From Chthoniobacteraceae bacterium (lineage in GTDB: Bacteria; Verrucomicrobiota; Verrucomicrobiia; Chthoniobacterales; Chthoniobacteraceae): a stretch of DNA of 61,309 nt. A program made the translations under genes and the position numbers. This document shows positions 53,857-61,309 of this stretch, piece after piece; the stretch's first letter is position 1, and every line of letters begins with the position of its first letter. The notes beneath the pieces are model-generated. The model was not told where the DNA came from, did not search any database, and saw nothing but the letters and a program-made list of their open reading frames with translations. The stretch lies in contig JBEBGD010000023.1 of NCBI GenBank assembly GCA_040081625.1, positions 1 to 61,309 of the forward strand. The letters run 5' to 3'.

Positions 53857-56048
53857 CGGGCCATGACCGGGTGAAGCGGCGCGGGTTTCCGGCGCACGCC
53901 GGCGAAGATCTGCTGGAGCACCATCTCGGCGATGAAAAAGATCAGCAGCGCCCAGAGCAGCGGCTTCCACAGCTCCGTGCCGAAGCGCCGCTTCTGGTCG
54001 AGCTGTTTGTATTCCGCTGAAGACCGCACGAGCACCACGCCGTGGGACTTGGCGAGCGCGTCGATCTCCGCGCCGGTGAGCTTGCTGGTGTCGGACTCGC
54101 GGCGGTTCGCGTTCACGACGTAGTGGATCGGCTGCCCGCCGGGCGGCGTGAGCGTGTAGAGGCCGGGCCGCTGCGTGCGCGCAAACTCGGCGTCGCCGAG
54201 GCTGCCTTTCCGCGCGATCTTCAACTCAACCGCGTCGCCGCCCGGCAGCGTGAGCGTGGCTTTCTTGTCCACGTCGGCGGCGGGCAGGAAGGCGGCGATC
54301 GGTTTGCCGCTCTCGAGATTCCTCGGCGGGAAGATGGTGCTCGCGAGATAGACGGTGAGCCGCTGGAGCAGCGGGAGGTAGAACGGGCGCATCGGCAGGT
54401 TGCCCCAGTCGGCATCGAGCGCGGTGCTGCACGCGATCACGCGGCCTTCACCGAACTTCTTCTCGACGAAAAGCGGGTCGCCCGTGTCGAGCCGCGCGAG
54501 CACCACAGGCGGCTCGCCACCGCTGGCGGGCGCGTCCTTGGTCTTGAACCACAAGCGGATCGCGGCGTCGGCCATCGAGCCGTTGCGCGGGTCGTTGAAG
54601 AGCTCGAGCGCGGGATTCTCGAACCGCTGCGAGACGACGCTCGCGGGCGTCGCGCCGGCTTTCGCATCGCCGGCGAGCTCGGCGTAGGCGAGCGGGAGCA
54701 GGCCCTTGCCGTCGCGATGCAGCGCGGATTGATACCACGCCGCGTCGATCTTCGAGCCGGGAAAGACGAGCAGGCCACCGCCGTTGCGCACGAACTCCTC
54801 GAGCGCGCGGAGCTGGCCATCGTTGAGTTTGCGGACGTTCGCGAGGATCACGACGGCGCTTTGGTTGAGCAGTTGCGGGTTGATCGCCTCGGGCGCGATG
54901 ACGCTCGGCTTGATGAGGTCGGCGAGCTCGACGCGACCGGCGGCGAAGGGCTGGAGCGCGATCTCCGCGAAGGCGGTCTCGCTCTTGAGCGCCTCCTTGC
55001 TCGGCTCGCCATCGACGAGCAGCACGGGCACGCGGTCGCGCACCTGAATGCTCGCGAGGTAGGTGTTGTCGGCCTTGAGCGAGTCGGCGTCGGCGCTCAC
55101 CTCGACGACGTGCGAGCCCGCGGTGTCAAAGACGTGCGTGAAGAGCACCTGGCCTTTTTCGCGCGGCCCGAGCTTGATCTGCGCGGCGCTCTTGTCCTTG
55201 CCGTCCACGCGAAAATTGATGCGCAGCTCCGGCCAGCGCTGGTCGCCGAAGTTCCGGATGTTCGCGCGAATCTGCACCTTCTGCCCGACGCCGACCATGA
55301 GCCGCGAGAAGTCGAGCGACTCGACGGCGACGTTCTCGCGCACCTCGGGGCCGACATCGAAAAGCGTGACCGAGGGCGGCGACGCCTGCTTCTTCATTCG
55401 CGCGAGCATCTGACCGATCAGCGAATCCTCCTGCGGGGAAAAGCTAGCGCGCTGGAAGTCGGTAAGCACCACGACCTGCCGCACAGACTCGTGCATTTGA
55501 TCAAATGTGTTCGCGGCAAAATCGAGCGACGCGGGCACGTTCGCGGGGCCGAAGCCGGCGTCGGCTTTTTGCAGCGCGCTGAGCACGCGACCGGTGTCGT
55601 AGGTCGGCGTGTCGAGCAGACCCGCGCCGCCTTCACCCATGAGGCCGATGGCAACTTCGCTGCCCTGCTTCAGCTCGCTGACGATGCGCACCGCTTCGTC
55701 GCGGGCGAGTGACCAGTTCGAGGTGCCGGCGCGGCTGGCTTCCATCGAGTAGCTGTTGTCGAGGAGGATGATCGTCGAGGTCTTCGTGTCGCCGAGCAGC
55801 TTCGCGGCGCCTTTCCAAAGCGGGCGCGCCATGAGCAGCGCGAGCAGCAGCGGGATCGCGCAGCGGATCGCGAGGAGGATCCACTGCTCCATCTGGATGC
55901 GGCGTTGGTTTTGGCGGATGACCGCCTCGAGCAGATGCATCGCGCCCCAGACGACGATCTTGAAGCGGCTCTTGTGGAAGAGGTGGATGATGATCGGGAT
56001 CGCGAGGGCGAGGGAGCCGAAGGCTAGGGCGGCGTTCAGGAAGGTCAC
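53853..56048 (-). CDS. BatA domain/VWA protein
   Basis: MTFLN...IPIIIHL...WGAMHLL, LLDNSYSM, VLTDFQ, N..RES. Confidence 0.88.
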   Translation of the reverse strand: MTFLNAALAFGSLALAIPIIIHLFHKSRFKIVVWGAMHLLEAVIRQNQRRIQMEQWILLAIRCAIPLLLALLMARPLWKGAAKLLGDTKTSTIILLDNSYSMEASRAGTSNWSLARDEAVRIVSELKQGSEVAIGLMGEGGAGLLDTPTYDTGRVLSALQKADAGFGPANVPASLDFAANTFDQMHESVRQVVVLTDFQRASFSPQEDSLIGQMLARMKKQASPPSVTLFDVGPEVRENVAVESLDFSRLMVGVGQKVQIRANIRNFGDQRWPELRINFRVDGKDKSAAQIKLGPREKGQVLFTHVFDTAGSHVVEVSADADSLKADNTYLASIQVRDRVPVLLVDGEPSKEALKSETAFAEIALQPFAAGRVELADLIKPSVIAPEAINPQLLNQSAVVILANVRKLNDGQLRALEEFVRNGGGLLVFPGSKIDAAWYQSALHRDGKGLLPLAYAELAGDAKAGATPASVVSQRFENPALELFNDPRNGSMADAAIRLWFKTKDAPASGGEPPVVLARLDTGDPLFVEKKFGEGRVIACSTALDADWGNLPMRPFYLPLLQRLTVYLASTIFPPRNLESGKPIAAFLPAADVDKKATLTLPGGDAVELKIARKGSLGDAEFARTQRPGLYTLTPPGGQPIHYVVNANRRESDTSKLTGAEIDALAKSHGVVLVRSSAEYKQLDQKRRFGTELWKPLLWALLIFFIAEMVLQQIFAGVRRKPAPLHPVMAR

Positions 56049-56623
56049 GGCGCTCTCCTTTTGCGGGTGGCTTTCCTGTAGTTCACGGGCCCTGCGGGCG
56101 GCTCAACGTTCAACGTCCAACGTTCAACTTCCAACTTCCAACGGTCGAGGTCGGGGGCATTTTCGTGGACGGAGGCGTTGGACTGGGCGGTGCGGATGCT
56201 GCGGTCGAAGATGCGGAACAGTTCTTCGGTTTCGCTTATCAACGGATCGAGTTTGTCGGGCTTGTCGATGAGCGGAACGCGCTTGATGAGGCGAAGCCAG
56301 CGGCGGGACTCGAGGAGTTCCTTGAGGCAGATCTTGAGCTTGTGGATGAAGTCGTCGCGCGACTCTGCGGCTTGGGCTTCGCCGTGATTCGGCAACGGTG
56401 AAGTGCCGGACCGAAGGAGCTGCCCGCCCACGTGATTTGCCGCCTTGGTAGTGTGAAGTGAATCGACAAGTCGAATGATGCGCGCTGCGTATTCGAGCAG
56501 CCGCTCCTCCAAATCGAACACGCGTCCATCCGCCTCCCCGTTGGAAGTTGAACGTTGAACGTTGGACGTTGAACGTTGAGCCGCCGGCAGGGCCGCAGCC
56601 TTCTTGATCGCGCCCTCCTTCAT
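56045..56623 (-). CDS. Four-helix-bundle protein (TIGR02436 / 23S rRNA IVP / Avd-like) with repeat-encoded extensions
   Basis: [41 protein letters not shown]...WL; ATGA and GTGA overlaps with neighbours. Confidence 0.9.
   Translation of the reverse strand: MKEGAIKKAAALPAAQRSTSNVQRSTSNGEADGRVFDLEERLLEYAARIIRLVDSLHTTKAANHVGGQLLRSGTSPLPNHGEAQAAESRDDFIHKLKICLKELLESRRWLRLIKRVPLIDKPDKLDPLISETEELFRIFDRSIRTAQSNASVHENAPDLDRWKLEVERWTLNVEPPAGPVNYRKATRKRRAP
56088..56594. mobile_element. Inverted heptamer-array element B enclosing the four-helix-bundle core
   Basis: 57-bp inverted repeats at 56088-56144 and 56538-56594 with 3 mismatches; each is a cap plus six TYCAACK-type heptamers; mobility is inferred. 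Confidence 0.7.
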
Positions 56624-57513
56624 TTCAGCGCCAGCCTCCGACTGAGATACGCCGCCAGCGCCTCCGCATACGGCTGGTCCGTGCAAAACGGCACGAGGTC
56701 GATCTTATGCCGCCTGCACCCGCGCGTGAGTTCGTCACGGAACTTCCCGAGGTTCTCAAGATACGCCTGCCGCAAGAGCACGGGATCGAGCATGTGCTTG
56801 ATCCCGGCGCGCTCGAGACACTCGAATTGCGTCCAGCCCTTGAACGGAAACTCCAGCTCGTCGCGGTCCCAGATCTGGAAGACGAGGATCTCGTGATACG
56901 CGTGACGGAAGTGCGCCATCGCCTTGAGGAAGGTCGCGACGTCGCCGAAGCAGTCGCTCAGGATCACGAGCAGGCCGCGGCGGTGGAGCTTCGGGACGAG
57001 GTCGTGGAAGACGGTGCCGAGCTCCGTCTCGCCGCCGGTCTTGCCGTTCTCCAGTTCGTCGATGAGCACTTTCAAGTGGCTCACGCGCGAGCGCGGCGGG
57101 ATGTAGCGGCGGATCTCCGTGTCGAAGGTGACCATGCCCACGCTGTCGGACTGCTGGAGCATGAGATACGACAGGCAGGCAGCGAGCTTGGTCGCATACT
57201 CGAACTTGCTCGTCTTCGCGCCGTATCCCATCGAGCCGCTGCGATCGAGGATGAGCGTCGCGCGGAGGTTCGTCTCCTCTTCGTATTCGCGGATGTAAAA
57301 GCGGTCGCTGCGACCGAAAACGCGCCAGTCGATGTGCCGGATCTCGTCGCCGGGCACGTAAGGCCGGTGCTGCTTGAACTCGACGCTAAAGCCCTTGTGC
57401 GGCGAGCGGTGCAGGCCCGAGCAGAAGCCTTCGACCACCTGGCGGGCGAAGACTTGCAGATTCCCGATCCGCTGGAGATCGGAGGGTTTGAGGAAGTCGG
57501 CGACGTGGGACAT
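56620..57513 (-). CDS. DUF58 domain protein
   Basis: [43 protein letters not shown]. Confidence 0.93.
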   Translation of the reverse strand: MSHVADFLKPSDLQRIGNLQVFARQVVEGFCSGLHRSPHKGFSVEFKQHRPYVPGDEIRHIDWRVFGRSDRFYIREYEEETNLRATLILDRSGSMGYGAKTSKFEYATKLAACLSYLMLQQSDSVGMVTFDTEIRRYIPPRSRVSHLKVLIDELENGKTGGETELGTVFHDLVPKLHRRGLLVILSDCFGDVATFLKAMAHFRHAYHEILVFQIWDRDELEFPFKGWTQFECLERAGIKHMLDPVLLRQAYLENLGKFRDELTRGCRRHKIDLVPFCTDQPYAEALAAYLSRRLALK

Positions 57514-57717
57514 TTAGGCGGGCCGGTTCGCTGCGGGGTGACCCTGCGGGCGGCTAAACACCAAACGCCAAACGCGAAACGCCAAACACCAAACGGCTTC
57601 CCGCGAAAACTGGTGAGCGTGCTGGGCGCGCATCGTTTGGCGTTTGGCGTTTGAAGTTTGAAGTTTGAAGTTTGGCCCGCCGCAGGCGCCGCGGCTGACA
57701 GCTTGCGCTCCTCCCAT
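57514..57717 (-). CDS. 67-aa bridging ORF read through heptamer hairpin element C
   Basis: Starts immediately after the moxR stop (TGA ATG) and stops immediately before the DUF58 start (TAA ATG). Confidence 0.5.
   Translation of the reverse strand: MGGAQAVSRGACGGPNFKLQTSNAKRQTMRAQHAHQFSREAVWCLAFRVWRLVFSRPQGHPAANRPA
57542..57686. repeat. Inverted heptamer-array element C (empty)
   Basis: CCCTGCGGGCGG cap, six heptamers 57554-57595, 38-nt loop, six complementary heptamers 57634-57675, CCCGCCGCAGG cap. Confidence 0.92.
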
Positions 57718-58770
57718 TCAAATCACCCGTTTCACTTCCCCGCGCGGCACCGCCTTCAGGATCTTCGCGATGATGTCGTCGGTCGTCACGCCCTCGGCCT
57801 CTGCGTTGAACGTGGCCACAATGCGATGCCGCAGCACCGGCTGCGCGAGCGCTTCGATGTCGTCGATGGTGACGTGGAAACGACCGCGCAACACCGCGCG
57901 CACCTTGCCGGCGAGCACGAGGTTCTGGCACGCGCGCGGCCCGGCGCCCCACTCGATGAGATCCTTCACGAACGCCGGCGCGTCGCCGGTCTTCGGCCGC
58001 GTGTAGCGCACGAGATCGAGCACGAAGTCCATCACGTGATCGGGCACCGGCACTTTGCGGACGACCTTTTGCAGCTCGAGAATCTGCTCGCCCGAGACGA
58101 CCGCCTCGATGTCCGCGCCGAAGGTGCCCGTGGTCCGCGCGATGATCTGCCGCTCCTCGTCTCGCGACGGATAGTTCACGCGCACGAGAAAGATGAACCG
58201 GTCGCGCTGCGCCTCGGGCAGCGGGTAGGTGCCTTCCTGCTCGATCGGGTTTTGCGTCGCGAGCACGAAGAACGGCGCATCGAGCGCCATCGTGTGGCCG
58301 CCGACGGTCACATTGCGCTCCTGCATCGCCTCGAGCAGCGCGGCCTGCGTCTTCGGCGGCGTGCGGTTGATTTCATCCGCGAGCAGCATCTGCGTGAAGA
58401 TCGGTCCCTTTTGGAAAATGAACTGCCGCCGTCCGGTCGCGGGGTCTTCCTGGATGATGTCCGTGCCCGTGATGTCCGCCGGCATGAGATCGGGCGTGAA
58501 CTGGATGCGCCGGAAGCCGAGGTGCATCGACTGCGCGAGCGTGCGGATCATCGCCGTCTTCGCCAGGCCGGGAACGCCCTCGAGCAGGCAGTGTCCGCCT
58601 GCGAGCACCGCGATGAAGAGCTGCTCGATCACCTCGTCCTGCCCGACGATGAACTTGCCCATCTCGGCGGCGATGCTGCGGTAAGCGGCGACGAGTTGCG
58701 CGGCGATCTGCTGGTCGTCGAGTTCGTCGCCGGCGGCTGAGGTCTGGGGTGAGGATTCGGTGGTGGTCAT
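57718..58770 (-). CDS. moxR: MoxR family AAA+ ATPase
   Basis: [67 protein letters not shown]. Confidence 0.95.
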   Translation of the reverse strand: MTTTESSPQTSAAGDELDDQQIAAQLVAAYRSIAAEMGKFIVGQDEVIEQLFIAVLAGGHCLLEGVPGLAKTAMIRTLAQSMHLGFRRIQFTPDLMPADITGTDIIQEDPATGRRQFIFQKGPIFTQMLLADEINRTPPKTQAALLEAMQERNVTVGGHTMALDAPFFVLATQNPIEQEGTYPLPEAQRDRFIFLVRVNYPSRDEERQIIARTTGTFGADIEAVVSGEQILELQKVVRKVPVPDHVMDFVLDLVRYTRPKTGDAPAFVKDLIEWGAGPRACQNLVLAGKVRAVLRGRFHVTIDDIEALAQPVLRHRIVATFNAEAEGVTTDDIIAKILKAVPRGEVKRVI

Positions 58771-59113
58771 AAGTGGATAAGGAAACGCCGCTGGGCCAAT
58801 CGGGCGGCCCGGCGGCGTCTTGGGAGCTTTCGGCGGGACTGAGCGAATATCCAGAGGGAAGACGGAGCTTGATCTGCGCGGCTCAAGCCGCTGTGCTGCG
58901 GAAATTCAAAGGCCGACGATGCGCGCTCCGATTCCTGCCCTCACTCTCGTCGTCGCTCCCGGCAGTGCGACCTGCGACTGCACCACTTCGGCGAGTTCAG
59001 TGCCCCGAGCGCCGTCGAGAGCCGCCCCTCTCATAAGGGTCATCAGAGGTATTTCAACAGTCTCCTAAGTCGCGAAGCCTCTGCGGATGAAGCACACGCC
59101 AGCGCGCCAAATC

Positions 59114-59743
59114 ATGAAATCCATCGTCCTCATCCTCGCTCTTCCCCTTGCGATTCTCGCGGCCGACGCGCCCAAGCCGATCTTCTCGGAAAACTTCGAC
59201 GCCGCCGCAGTCGGCAAAATGCCAGAGGGCTTCACGTCGTTCGCCGGCGACTTCAAGATCGTGGAGGAAGGTGGGAAGAAATTCATCGAACTTCCCGGCG
59301 CGCCCCTCGACACCTTCGGCGTCCTCTTCGGCCCGAGCGAAAAACCGCCGCTCAGCGCGAGCGCAAAATTCTTCGCCACCAACGTGAAGCGCAAGTCGCC
59401 CGCCTTCGCCCTGAGCCTCGGCGGCGTCGGCGGCTACCGCGTGCAAGTCAGCGCCGCCAAAGGAACGCTCGAGATCTTCAAGTCCGACGAACCGCGCGCG
59501 AGCGTGCCCTTCGCGTGGACCAGTGGTGCGTGGACCGCGCTGCGCCTCCAGGTCCGCGAGGCCGGCGGCAAGTGGATCGTCGAAGGCAAAGCCTGGCCGG
59601 CCGACGGCGCCGAGCCCGCCGCGTGGACGATCAAATACGAAGCCCCCGAAGCCCCGCCGCAAGGCAAAGCCGGCGTCTGGGGCAATCCCTTTTCCGGCAC
59701 GCCGATTCGATTCGACGATCTCGTCGTCGCGCCAGCGGCGTAG
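59114..59743 (+). CDS. Secreted hypothetical beta-sandwich protein
   Basis: Signal peptide, FSENFD, GKAW....EP.AW, G.AGVWG, IRFDDL. Confidence 0.75.
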   Translation: MKSIVLILALPLAILAADAPKPIFSENFDAAAVGKMPEGFTSFAGDFKIVEEGGKKFIELPGAPLDTFGVLFGPSEKPPLSASAKFFATNVKRKSPAFALSLGGVGGYRVQVSAAKGTLEIFKSDEPRASVPFAWTSGAWTALRLQVREAGGKWIVEGKAWPADGAEPAAWTIKYEAPEAPPQGKAGVWGNPFSGTPIRFDDLVVAPAA

Positions 59744-59752
59744 CGCCTCTTC

Positions 59753-59833
59753 ATCCTAATCCTAATCTGCTGCGGGATCGCAGCGAGGGATGAGATTGCG
59801 ATTAAGATTAAGATTAGGATTCAGATTAAGACT
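59753..59833. repeat. Inverted hexamer-array hairpin
   Basis: ATCCTAATCCTAATCT, inner GCTGCG-GGAT-CGCAGC hairpin, then GATTGC GATTAA GATTAA GATTAG GATTCA GATTAA. Confidence 0.8.
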
Positions 59834-59851
59834 CGACCACTCACCACCACC

Positions 59852-61129
59852 ATGACCCGCACCCTCCTCGCCCTCGCCCTCGCCACCTCACTCGTGCACG
59901 CCGCAGACTGGCCGCAATACCGCGGCCTCGTCGGCGACGGCTCCACTCCCGACAAAATCTCCGCCCAGTGGCCCGCCGGCGGACCGAAGGTGCTCTGGAA
60001 AGCCGACAGCGCCCTCGGCTTCTCCTCCTTCGCAGTCGCAAACGCGCGCTGCTACACCATCGAGGGCCGCGACATCGATGGCATCCCGCAGGAAGTGCTC
60101 GTCGCCCGCGAAGCGATGACCGGCAAAGAGAAGTGGACCGCCGCGCTCGGCGTCCGCAACTACGGCGCCAAAGGCGGCGACGCCGGCGCCAAGGGCAATG
60201 ACGGCGGCGACGGCCCGCGCAGCACCCCCACCGTCATCGGCAACACCGTCGTCACCATGAACGCCGACCTCGCCGTCGAATGCTTCGACGCCGCCAGCGG
60301 CAAATCGCTCTGGAAACGCGACATCGTCGCCGACCACGAAGGCCGCAACATCCAGTGGAAAAACGCCGCATCCCCGCTCTTCGAGGGCGGCCTCATCTAC
60401 GTCGCCGGCGGCGGCCCGGGCCAGTCCTTGCTCGCGCTCGACCCGAAGACCGGCGCCGTCGTCTCCAAGGCCTTCGACGAAGCAATCACCCACTCCACGC
60501 CCGTCGCCAGCACCATCCTCGGCCAGCGTCAGATCATCTACTTCCTCAAGAGCGGCCTGCTCGCCGTCGAGCCGAAGACCCTCAAGGAACTCTGGCGTTA
60601 CGCGTTCGACTTCAAAGTCAGCACCGCCATGTCGCCCGTCGTCGCCGGCGACATCGTCTATTGCTCCGCCGGTTACGGCGTCGGCGCCGGCGCGGTGAAG
60701 ATCACCCGCAGCGGCACCACCTGGAAAGCCGATGAACTCTACCGCATGCGCGGCGACAAACCGCTCGCCAACCACTGGAGCACCCCCGTCCTCCACGACG
60801 GCCACCTCTACGGCATGTTCCAGTTCAAGGAATACGGCGGCGGCCCGGTCAAGTGCGTGGACATCAAGGACGGCAGCGTGAAGTGGGAAAAGGAAGGCTT
60901 CGGCCCCGGCCACGTCGTGCGCGTGGGCGAACACATCCTCGCGCTCAGCGACGCCGGCGAGATCGTGCTCATCGCCGCGAAGCCGGGCGCCTACACCGAA
61001 GTCGCGCGCGCCAAAGTGCTCGACGGCAAATGCTGGACGACCCCCGTCGTCAGCAACGGCATGGTCTTCCTCCGCTCGACCAAACAAGCCGTCTGCCTCG
61101 ACCTGCGCGCCGGCCTCGCCGCGCGCTGA
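59852..61129 (+). CDS. PQQ-binding-like beta-propeller repeat protein
   Basis: ADWPQYRG, GPRSTPTV, ASPL, WTTPVVSNG; signal peptide. Confidence 0.9.
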   Translation: MTRTLLALALATSLVHAADWPQYRGLVGDGSTPDKISAQWPAGGPKVLWKADSALGFSSFAVANARCYTIEGRDIDGIPQEVLVAREAMTGKEKWTAALGVRNYGAKGGDAGAKGNDGGDGPRSTPTVIGNTVVTMNADLAVECFDAASGKSLWKRDIVADHEGRNIQWKNAASPLFEGGLIYVAGGGPGQSLLALDPKTGAVVSKAFDEAITHSTPVASTILGQRQIIYFLKSGLLAVEPKTLKELWRYAFDFKVSTAMSPVVAGDIVYCSAGYGVGAGAVKITRSGTTWKADELYRMRGDKPLANHWSTPVLHDGHLYGMFQFKEYGGGPVKCVDIKDGSVKWEKEGFGPGHVVRVGEHILALSDAGEIVLIAAKPGAYTEVARAKVLDGKCWTTPVVSNGMVFLRSTKQAVCLDLRAGLAAR

Positions 61130-61309
61130 GGTCGCGCGAAGCCGCGCCCCCACCATCCGCCAAGCCGGGTAGCAGATCCACTATCACAGGGCAACTCCGG
61201 TGCGTTCCACGCAGCGCATAGATGGCATGAGAGGGCGCGGGTGAGCTGATTGGCTTGCCGGCTCTATGACTAAATACATCATTCATCAGGAAGGGGCGAT
61301 CGCAGACGC

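Noticed and set aside
56045..56623. Diversity-generating retroelement (Avd-like gene)
   Set aside because: No reverse transcriptase and no TR/VR pair differing at adenines were seen in the window.
59051..59064. IS-end-like sequence (GAGACTGTTGAAAT on the minus strand)
   Set aside because: No partner repeat or transposase remnant was recognised, and it is too short to support a call.

Overview
GC-rich bacterial chromosome segment. Its gene content (DUF1501, PSD1/planctomycete cytochrome c, TIGR03067, short RpoD-like sigma, MoxR-VWA operon) suggests Verrucomicrobiota/PVC; this is inference. In order it holds a 47-bp tandem repeat and an IS200-like Y1 transposase with mirrored palindromic ends, a Fur-sufCBD-nitrilase operon, PVC-type secreted proteins and carA. 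Next come a small defence/TA island (HTH, HNH nuclease, hicBA, DUF4160/DUF2442, vsr), pyrimidine and sugar catabolism genes, mlaEFD, a sigma factor, comM, fba, ispE and a MoxR-DUF58-BatA-VWA-coiled-coil-prenyltransferase operon. Two structures stand out. (1) Three related inverted-repeat elements sit at three of the five gene junctions of the MoxR operon. Each arm is a CCTGCGG-like cap plus exactly six heptamers. One element encloses a four-helix-bundle (TIGR02436/Avd-like) gene and two are empty, and all three are read through by ORFs that exactly bridge the upstream stop and the downstream start. (2) TA cassettes are stacked between truncated, allelically different 5' copies of vsr. No rRNA, tRNA or CRISPR array was recognised. 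All family assignments come from motif recognition by eye, not from database searches.
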